Positions 50,640-59,034 of a stretch of DNA of 64,000 nucleotides are shown in pieces. The DNA lies in contig CAWEJX010000020.1 of NCBI GenBank assembly GCA_963809485.1, positions 320,001-384,000 on the forward strand, written 5' to 3'. The position numbers were made by a program, and so were the translations under genes. Each line of letters begins with the position of its first letter. Within the stretch, counting starts at the first letter, position 1. The stretch comes from an uncultured Acidobacteriota bacterium. Lineage in GTDB: Bacteria > Acidobacteriota > UBA6911. The notes beneath the pieces are model-generated. The model did not search any database and was not told where the DNA came from. It saw only the letters and a program-made list of their open reading frames with translations.

Positions 50640-52278
50640 TCACATGATTTGCCCGGAAGGCAGCGAGCAGTCCTCGTCCCTGCGTTCGCCCGCCGAATCG
50701 TCAGCCGGATTCGAAGCCAGGCATTCCAGGATATCTTCCAGTGCGGATTCCTCGCGGAACACGTGGCCCACCGCCTCCTTGGTAAAGCCGGTGGGATCCG
50801 ACATATCCAGCTCCGCGTAGCGCGACCAGTTCCCCTTCCGGCGCGTCTTAATTCGAATGGAATCCCAATCCAGCGAATCCAGGGATTCCGGCAAAACGCG
50901 CCGGAGGATCATGGCTCTAGTCCAGGCCCGTGTGTCTTCGGGGGGATTGTGAACAAACCAGTCGATCCGCGATTCATCCACGATCCTCTCCATAAAGCCG
51001 TTTTGCGCATAGGCCCAGAACAGTCCCTCGGATGGATCCAGGCTGGAATAAATATGATCCAGGTGCTTGATCTGAGGCGATCTCCAGTTAAGACGGGGCT
51101 GGCTCTCCAGGACTCTCTTGAGAATCGTCATCTTCAGCACCCAATCCAGCCGCCGGGCCAGCGCGGGAAAATCCCGGGCGCGGAGCTTATCCAGCGTATC
51201 CGCCCATAGCGTCAAAATCTCTCCCGCTCTTGGGACCCACCGGGAACAGTCCGTGGAATCCATGAAGCGCTTGGCTTCGTCCAGAAACAGGAACTGGAGC
51301 TCCACCGCCGTCAGGCGCTGCCCGGACGCCATTTGTGCCTTTGCGCGAAGGGAGGGATCGTGGCTCCATGAGACAACGGCTTCCAAGGGATCGTCCAGAA
51401 GAAGGTTCGGGTTCATCCGGCCGTGCTCGAGCATGCACAGGATGATCTGAGTCACTCCCACCCGGAGAAGGTTTGCCGTCATAAGCGTGGTGTTGTCGAA
51501 AAATATGACATGAAGCCGTGCCATCCGTTCCGCAACGGTCTCCGCCGGAGTCCCGTTTGCGGGCGGATCCGCATAAAGCCTGATCCCGTCCGTTTACCAA
51601 AGGGCGATTGAAGGTTGTCTGAACGCCCGTGAGCTGCTCAAAAAAATCGGCCCGCTGAGATATCTGAAAGTCGGAATGCGGCATTCCATTCTCGCTGCCT
51701 GCTTTCCCAAGGCCGGTGAAGATGATGCTCGAAACCTGGTAGGCAGCCAGATACAGCATGTAGTGGAGCTTGCGGTTGAAGATATTCTCCCACGTCTCCC
51801 TCGTTATCAGGAAATTCAGGTGGCTTCCATAGGAGTGGCCGAGCCCGTCACTGTTGTTGACCAGAGCCTGGATCCTGACGTTGCGGCCGAGCCTGGCGTT
51901 TGCGGACAGAAGCGCGCCCTGCGCGATTCGCAGCATTGCATTCCAGCAGGCGACGTGATCGAAGGCGCTGATGACCTCGGGAGTGCAGAGCTCCAGATGG
52001 TTCAGATCGATATAAGCGCAACCCCCGTTGCCCTGCAGATATTTCCGTCCCCAGTCCTGGGACAGATGGCCGGATCCGCTCTGTTCCTCCGAACTGCGGC
52101 AGTGAGAGCTCCAGCACCCATCCTCGTCCGTTCTCCCGAAGGTTGAAGGGGAAATCCCCTGGATTTCCCTCAGAAGCATGCGCGATGCGATGTCACAGGT
52201 GCCGCCCCATTTGTCAACGCCAAGGACAAAATTTCCCAATTCAATATCCGTTCCGCAAAGCTTGGGTAAGGGATCCAT
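50640..52278 (-). CDS. dop: Dop-like Pup deamidase/depupylase, frameshifted at ~51525-51565
   Basis: KLCGTDIELG, loop insertion, NGG.AYID..H.E..TPEV, NNSDG.G.SYGSH, QISQRADFFE..GVQTT..R; RLHVIFFD, LDW..K, PPEDTRAW continue in a second frame. Confidence 0.8.
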
Positions 52279-52355
52279 CTTTTTCACCTCTTTCTGCCCA
52301 TCAGGCATACGGCTGTGTTCTTTGCCTCCCTGTATCCACGATTGATCCACAAAGA

Positions 52356-54047
52356 TCAGGCGGCGTTTATATATCGGTGGGACCGGGGGACCTTTTTCCT
52401 GACCGGTTCGACGCGGACCGCGTCAATATCCTGCGGCAGATCCTGCAGGTGGTTTCGGCAGTTTGCCGGCGTGAGCGTTTTGGCCATGGCCTCAAATTCG
52501 TCCGCAATCGCATGAAGGATGTCTTCCAGTCGCAATCCCGGAGACCCCGCCTCTATGTCGCGCAGGCACGCCCGCTCGAGCGCCACGCGGGAAATGTTTG
52601 CAATGCTGGCGCCATTCATCAGGTCGCCGGCTTTGACTTTGCGCTGTTTCCCGTCACGGAAAGTTATCTGGGCAAGCTCGCTGTCGCCGTTGGGCGCATA
52701 GATCCGCGAGACCGCCGAGTCGATAATGAACTGTCTCGCTTCCCCCGCGCCGCAACCGTTCTCGGCGTATGGAACATCCTCGGGAAGATGTTTCGCGAAT
52801 ATCTCGGAGGCAGCTTTCATATTGGGTCTGGGAACCTCGATGATGACATCGCCCAGGCGGCCGGGACGCAACAGGCCGGGATCGAGAACGTCCCGGCGAT
52901 TGGTGCTGGCGATCACCAGGATGTTGCCCCGGGATTCCAGCCCGTCCAGTTCGGCCATGAATGCAGTCAGCACCTTGTCGTCAACCCGCGTCAGGGAGTT
53001 CCCGCGCGCGGTCCCGATCGAATCAATTTCATCGTAGAAGGCCACCACGGGAGTTTCGGGTTCCGCGTCGCCCGCCTCGCGCAGGGCCCGGAAATTTTCG
53101 CGCAGGATTCTCTCGGACTCGCCCCACCACATGCTGCAGAACTCCAGGGGCTTGAAGTGCGCGAAGCGCGATCTGCCGGACTTCGACAGTCCCGCCATCC
53201 AGTTTGCCATGGCGCGCGCAAGCATGGTTTTGCCCGTGCCGGGAGGCCCGGTGAGCAGCACCGAACGCGCGCGCGGGAGCCTGTATTTGCCCGCGGTCTC
53301 GGCATTGAAGAACTGGATACGGATGGGCCGCTGCATCTGCTCGATCTGCCGGTCCAGGCCCCCAATGTGTTCAAAGGTCTCATCCGGAGTACGTTCCAGG
53401 AAAAGCGCGTCGGCCGTCATGCGGTCGATCTTTTCCAGAGCCATGCAGGCGCTCCGCTCCCATCGGATCTGATCTCCGCTTTTCAGACCCTGGTCCTTCA
53501 GCGCACCTCCGACATCCACAACAATTTCCTCGTCGCGCTCTTTCAGCACGATCCGGCCATCCGGCGTGTGGCGATCGTAGATTGCGGTGTGACCGCAGCG
53601 AAGCATGCCGAAAGGCGAACGGTCCACGATGAAATTCATTTCGTTGGAGAGCAGGACCTCGTCGCCGGGCTGCAGAGAGTGCACATCCAGCTCGTCCGAG
53701 CAGGCGACAATCCTTCTTGAATTGCCACACATCACCATTGCCGACATGCCGTGCCCGGCCTCTTTGACTTCCAGGAATATCGCTGGGTAAAAAGGCGGGC
53801 TGGTCAGGCGCCGGTGTATGGCTTTCAATTCATTTTGCGCGGTCACGGCGTCCTGAAGGTTGGACCGGAGCATGCAGATCCTGTCGACCAGTTGGCGGTC
53901 AAGATGGCGCGACGTGTCGACGGAGCGGCCGCGAATCAGTTCAAGCATCTGGACCTTTTGATCCGTCGTCGGGCTGCCTTCGCCAAAAGCAGTCAGCTGA
54001 TCGAACAGACCGGCGAATTCGGATGTTTCTCTCGGGGGTCTTGGCAT
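52356..54047 (-). CDS. arc: ARC/Mpa-type proteasome-associated AAA+ ATPase
   Basis: N-terminal coiled coil ending LTSPP, two OB-like repeats, ETFEHIGGLD.QI, Walker A GPPGTGKT, WWGESER, Walker B AFYDE, STNR.D.LDP.LLRPGRL, NGA.I.NI. Confidence 0.9.
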   Translation of the reverse strand: MPRPPRETSEFAGLFDQLTAFGEGSPTTDQKVQMLELIRGRSVDTSRHLDRQLVDRICMLRSNLQDAVTAQNELKAIHRRLTSPPFYPAIFLEVKEAGHGMSAMVMCGNSRRIVACSDELDVHSLQPGDEVLLSNEMNFIVDRSPFGMLRCGHTAIYDRHTPDGRIVLKERDEEIVVDVGGALKDQGLKSGDQIRWERSACMALEKIDRMTADALFLERTPDETFEHIGGLDRQIEQMQRPIRIQFFNAETAGKYRLPRARSVLLTGPPGTGKTMLARAMANWMAGLSKSGRSRFAHFKPLEFCSMWWGESERILRENFRALREAGDAEPETPVVAFYDEIDSIGTARGNSLTRVDDKVLTAFMAELDGLESRGNILVIASTNRRDVLDPGLLRPGRLGDVIIEVPRPNMKAASEIFAKHLPEDVPYAENGCGAGEARQFIIDSAVSRIYAPNGDSELAQITFRDGKQRKVKAGDLMNGASIANISRVALERACLRDIEAGSPGLRLEDILHAIADEFEAMAKTLTPANCRNHLQDLPQDIDAVRVEPVRKKVPRSHRYINAA

Positions 54048-54050
54048 TTG

Positions 54051-55211
54051 TCATTCCTCCTGTGGATGCAAATTCATGGTGCCGGCAGTCAGGCTGCCCG
54101 GCCGTACCGAAACCGTGTCACCGGATCCTTTCAGATCATCGCAACAGATAGCGTCTGCCGCTCCCGGAAATTCATTGAGTCCCTGAGGCGCAGAATCCAG
54201 GACGTAAAAACCTCGCGCTTCGAGCATCCCCTTGTTCCAGCCAAAAACAGCTATTCTTGGATCGCCGTAGGCGACATCGCTCACAACCATGGCAATACAC
54301 CATGCCCGCGAAAAAACAGCCCGATGCAGGGCCTGGTCCTGTTCACTGAGAAAGCCTCGCGTCAACTGGCACACTTTTTGCTTCTCGGGCGGGCATTCCC
54401 TGCAGTTCCAGTGCTTTACGGGATGACTGTGCCACCACCCCAGAAGCATTTCTTCCCTGCGGCGCAACCGCAGGGCGCTCCGGACGGCTGTCCAGGATTC
54501 GGATGTGAACCTGAGCTTCGACTGTTCCCCGACCGTGCCCGTAGCCGGCACCTGAGCCGTGACCTCCGCGAAAACATCCGCCGAGGCCGAGTCGTGGTGC
54601 AGATGCCCGATTAAAAAGCCCCCCGTTTCGATCTCTTGAGCCTGTTGTGTGATCAGGGAAACTTCAGTCAGGACGCGGCCGGGAATAAAAATGGGGAGGA
54701 GTTCGGTATCGGCGCAGTCCCGGGCGGCTGCGAAGCGCATAAATTGAGTGAAAACGCTTTCCCGAACGGGAATATCCGGATCAATATCCCGGATCTCCAA
54801 ACCGCCGCCGCTTCCCTCCCCTGTCCTGGCTTCTTCAGGATAGGCCGTAACAAGGTAAAAGAAGCGATCGTTCAGACGCATCTTCCCGGCCTCCACGAGG
54901 AGGGCTGCGGCCCGGGTGGCCAGTCCCTTAAAATATGTCGCCGCAAAATCGCAGAAGAAACCCTCCGTCTCATCCGGATCCAGCTGAATCCTAAATCCCT
55001 GCAGATAGGGCCGGGACAACCTGAGGTGCCATAAAGGCATTACCGAGGCAGGCCTATCGTAGTCGCCGAAGTTGAGACGCCTGCTCCGGACGCTGGACAG
55101 GCGGGTCCATTCGAGGGCGGGAGCAAAATCCACATCCACTGCGGCCTGACCGAGCGGCGAGCCCGTTTCGGAGTGGATTTCAATAATGTATCGATGCAGG
55201 TCTTCGGGCAT
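54051..55211 (-). CDS. JAB/MPN+ (JAMM) metalloprotease with extra N-terminal domain
   Basis: ETGGFLIG, LLGWWHSHP...FLSEQD..LH..F; Cys-rich insert between HSH and S..D. Confidence 0.85.
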   Translation of the reverse strand: MPEDLHRYIIEIHSETGSPLGQAAVDVDFAPALEWTRLSSVRSRRLNFGDYDRPASVMPLWHLRLSRPYLQGFRIQLDPDETEGFFCDFAATYFKGLATRAAALLVEAGKMRLNDRFFYLVTAYPEEARTGEGSGGGLEIRDIDPDIPVRESVFTQFMRFAAARDCADTELLPIFIPGRVLTEVSLITQQAQEIETGGFLIGHLHHDSASADVFAEVTAQVPATGTVGEQSKLRFTSESWTAVRSALRLRRREEMLLGWWHSHPVKHWNCRECPPEKQKVCQLTRGFLSEQDQALHRAVFSRAWCIAMVVSDVAYGDPRIAVFGWNKGMLEARGFYVLDSAPQGLNEFPGAADAICCDDLKGSGDTVSVRPGSLTAGTMNLHPQEE

Positions 55212-55332
55212 GGGACGCACCTTTCCCGGTTCTTCGATCAAGGTGAAAGATGAAGCGAACCTTTTTCAGATCTTCGAGCCTCAGGATCCGATGACCGACG
55301 CCGAGGCCCGAAGATTTGACGCTGCAAATGAT

Positions 55333-55617
55333 TTAGCCCGCATCGATGTTCGGCTGCAGCACCACGCGGTCGCCGGTTTTCACGGCATCCCCAACCTTTT
55401 CCCAACTCTGGAGGTGACGCCCCTCCCGCTCGAGTACAGCCTGATAGGCAACGGGCCGCCCCTCAGAATCGTTCTGCGGCAAGTTCATTGCCGCCAGAAG
55501 CGAGTCCGTCAGTTCCCTCACGGTGATCTCGACCCCTATATTGCTTACTCGACGCATCTTCTGCTGTGAAACATCCATAGCATCGATCGTCAAACCCACT
55601 GCTCCTGCACTTCCCAT
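55333..55617 (-). CDS. Ubiquitin-like (beta-grasp, YukD/EsaB-like) protein ending ...NIDAG
   Basis: 94 aa; TVRELTDSL...LP...Y...L...V...GD.V.L.P pattern; terminal Gly; located among E1/E2/JAB genes; AGGAG RBS. Confidence 0.75.
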   Translation of the reverse strand: MGSAGAVGLTIDAMDVSQQKMRRVSNIGVEITVRELTDSLLAAMNLPQNDSEGRPVAYQAVLEREGRHLQSWEKVGDAVKTGDRVVLQPNIDAG

Positions 55618-55653
55618 GGCTATCTCCTTTTTTGATTGTTTATGGATTCACTT

Positions 55654-56547
55654 CTATGGAACACATGCATGGCCGTTTGCCATCCGATAAATTTCCGCAA
55701 CCTGTTTGTTCTCAAAACACTGCGCTTCCCGGCCGAAAAGGTTCGCGGAAACCGACAATGCCGCTAAAGCGTGGTCAAGCTCAGAGGGGCTCGGCGCCGC
55801 AAACCGGACTTCAAACCGGACGACAGCGGTTGACTCCGTCTCCACAACCGAGGCACGGACCATCCGGACGGCTCCGCATACCGCCAGCAGGAAGCTTCCC
55901 AGGGCCGCACGCTGCGCATCGGACAGGGATTCGAACCGGGCTGCCTCCAGGCGCGAAACGACCTCGCCGTCCTGGTTCTCCATCAGCGCCTGGGCGAAGC
56001 TGCCCTGGACTTCCAGATCCACCGCGAATCTCGACGGCGACCGCTCAACAAAAGGCCAGCTCATCCCCTTGAGCTGTTCTGCAAGATTCAGGGCATCCTC
56101 GGACCCCGGATGCGTTTTCCCGGGCATCCGCACCCCCGCCGGGTCTGCGGATTGCGGGAAACCTCGAAGCCCTTCCCAGGCTGCCCCGAGGCCTTCCAGT
56201 GTTTCGGCAATTCGCCGCGGAAGCTTGGCATAACTGTCCTCGGGGTCCAGGGGCAAGTCTGCGCGAAGCTGCCGGGCACCGGGACCGGGGCTCTGTACAA
56301 ACTTGCAGAGGCCTGCCAGGTCCGCGTTGCGGCTTAAAAGGCTCCACTCATCTGCAGGGAGGATTGTGTCAGCCAGGGGCAGGCCCAGTACGAGCCAATC
56401 ATCCTCGACAGCGGCAAAGGCCCCGGCCCGTCCCCTGCTTTTAATGTTAAGGTCCCATCGGCCGCAGCCCGACTGCCTGGCGCCGGATGCCGATTGAGCC
56501 AACCATCCTGAAATCATTTTGTCTCGTTCAACAATCGGGATTGTCAT
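55654..56547 (-). CDS. Hypothetical protein, possibly tandem YbjN/CesT-like chaperone-fold domains
   Basis: 297 aa; ATGA overlap with the E2 stop; two similar-length alpha/beta halves (EDDWLVL...LLSRNA.L....F; L..FLL..C....MVRA). Confidence 0.45.
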   Translation of the reverse strand: MTIPIVERDKMISGWLAQSASGARQSGCGRWDLNIKSRGRAGAFAAVEDDWLVLGLPLADTILPADEWSLLSRNADLAGLCKFVQSPGPGARQLRADLPLDPEDSYAKLPRRIAETLEGLGAAWEGLRGFPQSADPAGVRMPGKTHPGSEDALNLAEQLKGMSWPFVERSPSRFAVDLEVQGSFAQALMENQDGEVVSRLEAARFESLSDAQRAALGSFLLAVCGAVRMVRASVVETESTAVVRFEVRFAAPSPSELDHALAALSVSANLFGREAQCFENKQVAEIYRMANGHACVP

Positions 56548-57059
56548 GTCTCATCCACCTTATCGATGACCTCGAATTCCAGATCGAGGGCCCTTCGCTT
56601 CAAAGGGCGGTTGTCTATGGGAAACCGGTGCCGGTTTTCTCTGGCCCAGGCGCTGGCCTGCAGGTTTAGCGAATCGTGCATGGCAACGGTCTGATAGGCC
56701 ACGATCCTGAATACGCGGAAGATGATATCGACCAGCGGAGTGGCGGGAACGAGACGCCCGATGCATATCAACGGAGCCATGATATTGGGGTGATAGACAT
56801 TGGACGGTTGAAGCCATGTCACCACCTCAAACGGATTTGCCCGCCGCAGATAGTCGCTGGGGAACCATATGCCGACCCTGAACAAGTCAGCCGTCGTCAC
56901 CCCTTCCCCGGCCTTGTAGATGAGCCCCTTGCAGTGCAGGTCCACAGCGAAAGCCTGAGGAGCAACGGGATGGATTTCCATAAGACCGCTTGCCCGCGCC
57001 AGGGCTTTCCCCTCTTCAGCCTGGCGCATCAGGAATGCCGCATATATTTTGTCGTTCAT
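56544..57059 (-). CDS. E2 ubiquitin-conjugating (UBC-fold) protein
   Basis: F.V.I.FPSDY, VYHPNI....ICIG (HPN plus catalytic Cys), SLN..A..W. Confidence 0.85.
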   Translation of the reverse strand: MNDKIYAAFLMRQAEEGKALARASGLMEIHPVAPQAFAVDLHCKGLIYKAGEGVTTADLFRVGIWFPSDYLRRANPFEVVTWLQPSNVYHPNIMAPLICIGRLVPATPLVDIIFRVFRIVAYQTVAMHDSLNLQASAWARENRHRFPIDNRPLKRRALDLEFEVIDKVDET

Positions 57060-57149
57060 CTTCTACTCCGCCCCAAAAGAGTCGACGCCCCGTAGTGGAT
57101 CATATTTCTGCGTCGTTCCGGCGTCTCTGCCGTCGATAACATCCCGCGC

Positions 57150-58289
57150 TCATCTCAAATCCATCTCCCCACAAGATTTATTTTTCACAATATTTTTTGG
57201 ATCACCGGCGGTCACTGTAATTTCAAAGTGGCGCTCGCATTCAGGGCTGCCGATGGTGAACACTTCGCCGTTGCGCAGGCCGAGACTCGCAAGAGACTGG
57301 GAGAGAACCCGCCTGGGCAAATGAGTCATGAGTTTCTCCGTCAGGTCCCAGCCGCTGGCCAGCATGGTTCCCCCGCAAATCGGGCACTGCTTTGCTTTCC
57401 GGGTCAGGGATTCCCGAAGCCTCAAACCATGTTTTGCGTGGCCGCAGTTCGTGCAGGTCCGTCTTTTCACAAAAGACTTCCCTTCAACTCGCAGCCAGGA
57501 TTCGTCGCGCTGCTGCCCCGAACCGATCCGTCCCAGGGCATCCTGCAGCGTAATTTCTTCCGGCCCGCACTCCAGCTTTTCGATCTCCCAGATCCCGTGA
57601 TCGAACCGGCAGCGGGGATTGCGGCGATAGGATGTTTGATAGCATTTGTGGTGCATGCCGTCGATCAGGACCTGACGCCCGAAGGGGACAAGGTCCCAAT
57701 GACCATCGATGCAATTTTGCGCGGCGATTATCTGCAGGCCGGCCGCGAGCGCGCCCAGTCCCGAAGGGGCATTGGTAGGCTTTGGCGATCCCCCTCCCGC
57801 ATCACAGGGGTAGACGGTCTCCAGCGCGAGGTAGTCCGGATCCGACCAGGCGCATTCGTAGCACGGACGGTCTTCACCCGGGAGATAGGCATTGATCCGC
57901 GCAAGCCGTCCCTCCGGATCGACCCCGGCGTCGATCCACGGGACTTTGCCCAGGCGCCAGACAGCCTGCCCCAGCCGCATTCTTGCCAGTTTGGTATCCA
58001 GCCCGCTCATCATCAGGTCGCACCACAGAAATCCAAGGGGAAGGTTCTCGACAAGGTCTACGACCGCCTTAACAGTCAGGTCCGGCCTGATGCGGCGGAG
58101 CCTCTCTGCCTGGACACGGCTTTTCGGCTTGCCGATGTCCGCGGCATTGATATCCTGGCTCGCAAGGTTCTTCCTCTCATAGGACTGCCCGTCTACCAGG
58201 GTTACCTTATGGATTCCGGGAAGCCTGGCAAGATGAGGGATCAGGTGAGACCCGATGTTGCCGCATCCCACAACCATCACATGAGACAT
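57150..58289 (-). CDS. E1/ThiF-family activating enzyme with C-terminal Zn-ribbon/UFD-like extension
   Basis: VVGCGNIGS, LVD, IGKPK, LD...R, PWIDAG, PCYEC, putative catalytic YPC, RRNPRC..DH, CTNC...CPIC. Confidence 0.9.
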   Translation of the reverse strand: MSHVMVVGCGNIGSHLIPHLARLPGIHKVTLVDGQSYERKNLASQDINAADIGKPKSRVQAERLRRIRPDLTVKAVVDLVENLPLGFLWCDLMMSGLDTKLARMRLGQAVWRLGKVPWIDAGVDPEGRLARINAYLPGEDRPCYECAWSDPDYLALETVYPCDAGGGSPKPTNAPSGLGALAAGLQIIAAQNCIDGHWDLVPFGRQVLIDGMHHKCYQTSYRRNPRCRFDHGIWEIEKLECGPEEITLQDALGRIGSGQQRDESWLRVEGKSFVKRRTCTNCGHAKHGLRLRESLTRKAKQCPICGGTMLASGWDLTEKLMTHLPRRVLSQSLASLGLRNGEVFTIGSPECERHFEITVTAGDPKNIVKNKSCGEMDLR

Positions 58290-58290
58290 C

Positions 58291-58818
58291 TCATATCTCC
58301 TCGGGCGCCCAGCGGTAGCCCGCATCCATGTCTGTGACCTGCGGACACAACGCGCAAGTTTCCGCATAGGTCCAGCATGGGAAATCCTCCGACTGGTGAT
58401 ACCCCACGCCGCAGGCGGGGCACTTCACCGACGGATGTCCGGGGTTCATCGCCTGTTTGCATCGTGGACAGTATGAATCCGTGGAGGACCCCGCGAAGGA
58501 TTCCAGGACCGCCAGGCTCTCGGTTGAGTAGTAAAAAAGCCCGGCGCCGGCGACCCGTATCTCATCGCGATCGCGCAGCGACCTGATCCCGGGGGTCAGT
58601 CGGATGCCGTTGATCCGGACGTCGGCCTGGGCGCCTGCAATAAGAATCCACGACTCGCCGGATGGGCCGCCGGGGCGTACCAGCATGATTTCCTTTTCCC
58701 AGGCGGGACTCAGCCCGGACGGATGCGACAGCGCCTTCCGTCGCTGCAGGCTGAAGAGTGCGCAGTTCAGCGGAAGGACCGCCCACTGAGAATCTTCGCG
58801 AACCCAGATATGAGCCAT
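58291..58818 (-). CDS. FHA-like domain plus prokaryotic RING finger (putative E3)
   Basis: VRINGIRL....L.D.DEI (FHA-like C-terminal strands); CPRC-x12-CPAC...YH-x6-CW-x5-CALC; GGAGG RBS. Confidence 0.75.
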   Translation of the reverse strand: MAHIWVREDSQWAVLPLNCALFSLQRRKALSHPSGLSPAWEKEIMLVRPGGPSGESWILIAGAQADVRINGIRLTPGIRSLRDRDEIRVAGAGLFYYSTESLAVLESFAGSSTDSYCPRCKQAMNPGHPSVKCPACGVGYHQSEDFPCWTYAETCALCPQVTDMDAGYRWAPEEI

Positions 58819-59034
58819 ATGAACCTCCCAGGCTATCTTCTGCGCGAAAGTATATGTCCGGGCGATACGGCCAATTCAGGGTCACAGGAATTTCAGCTGT
58901 GGCGGCTGGATGCAAACTAGAGGAAAATAAAGCGGCGATTCATGATAGCGTTCGGAGCGGCGCCAATATTTTTTTCGATGTCACTGTTGTTCACAGGCAA
59001 TCACAGGCTTTTCCGTGTTTTCTGTATAAAATCC

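Noticed and set aside
55333-58289. ThiF/MoeB plus ThiS/MoaD sulfur-carrier interpretation
   Set aside because: Presence of E2, RING and a candidate E1 thioester Cys, and absence of thiamine, molybdopterin or cysteine synthesis genes, favour protein conjugation.
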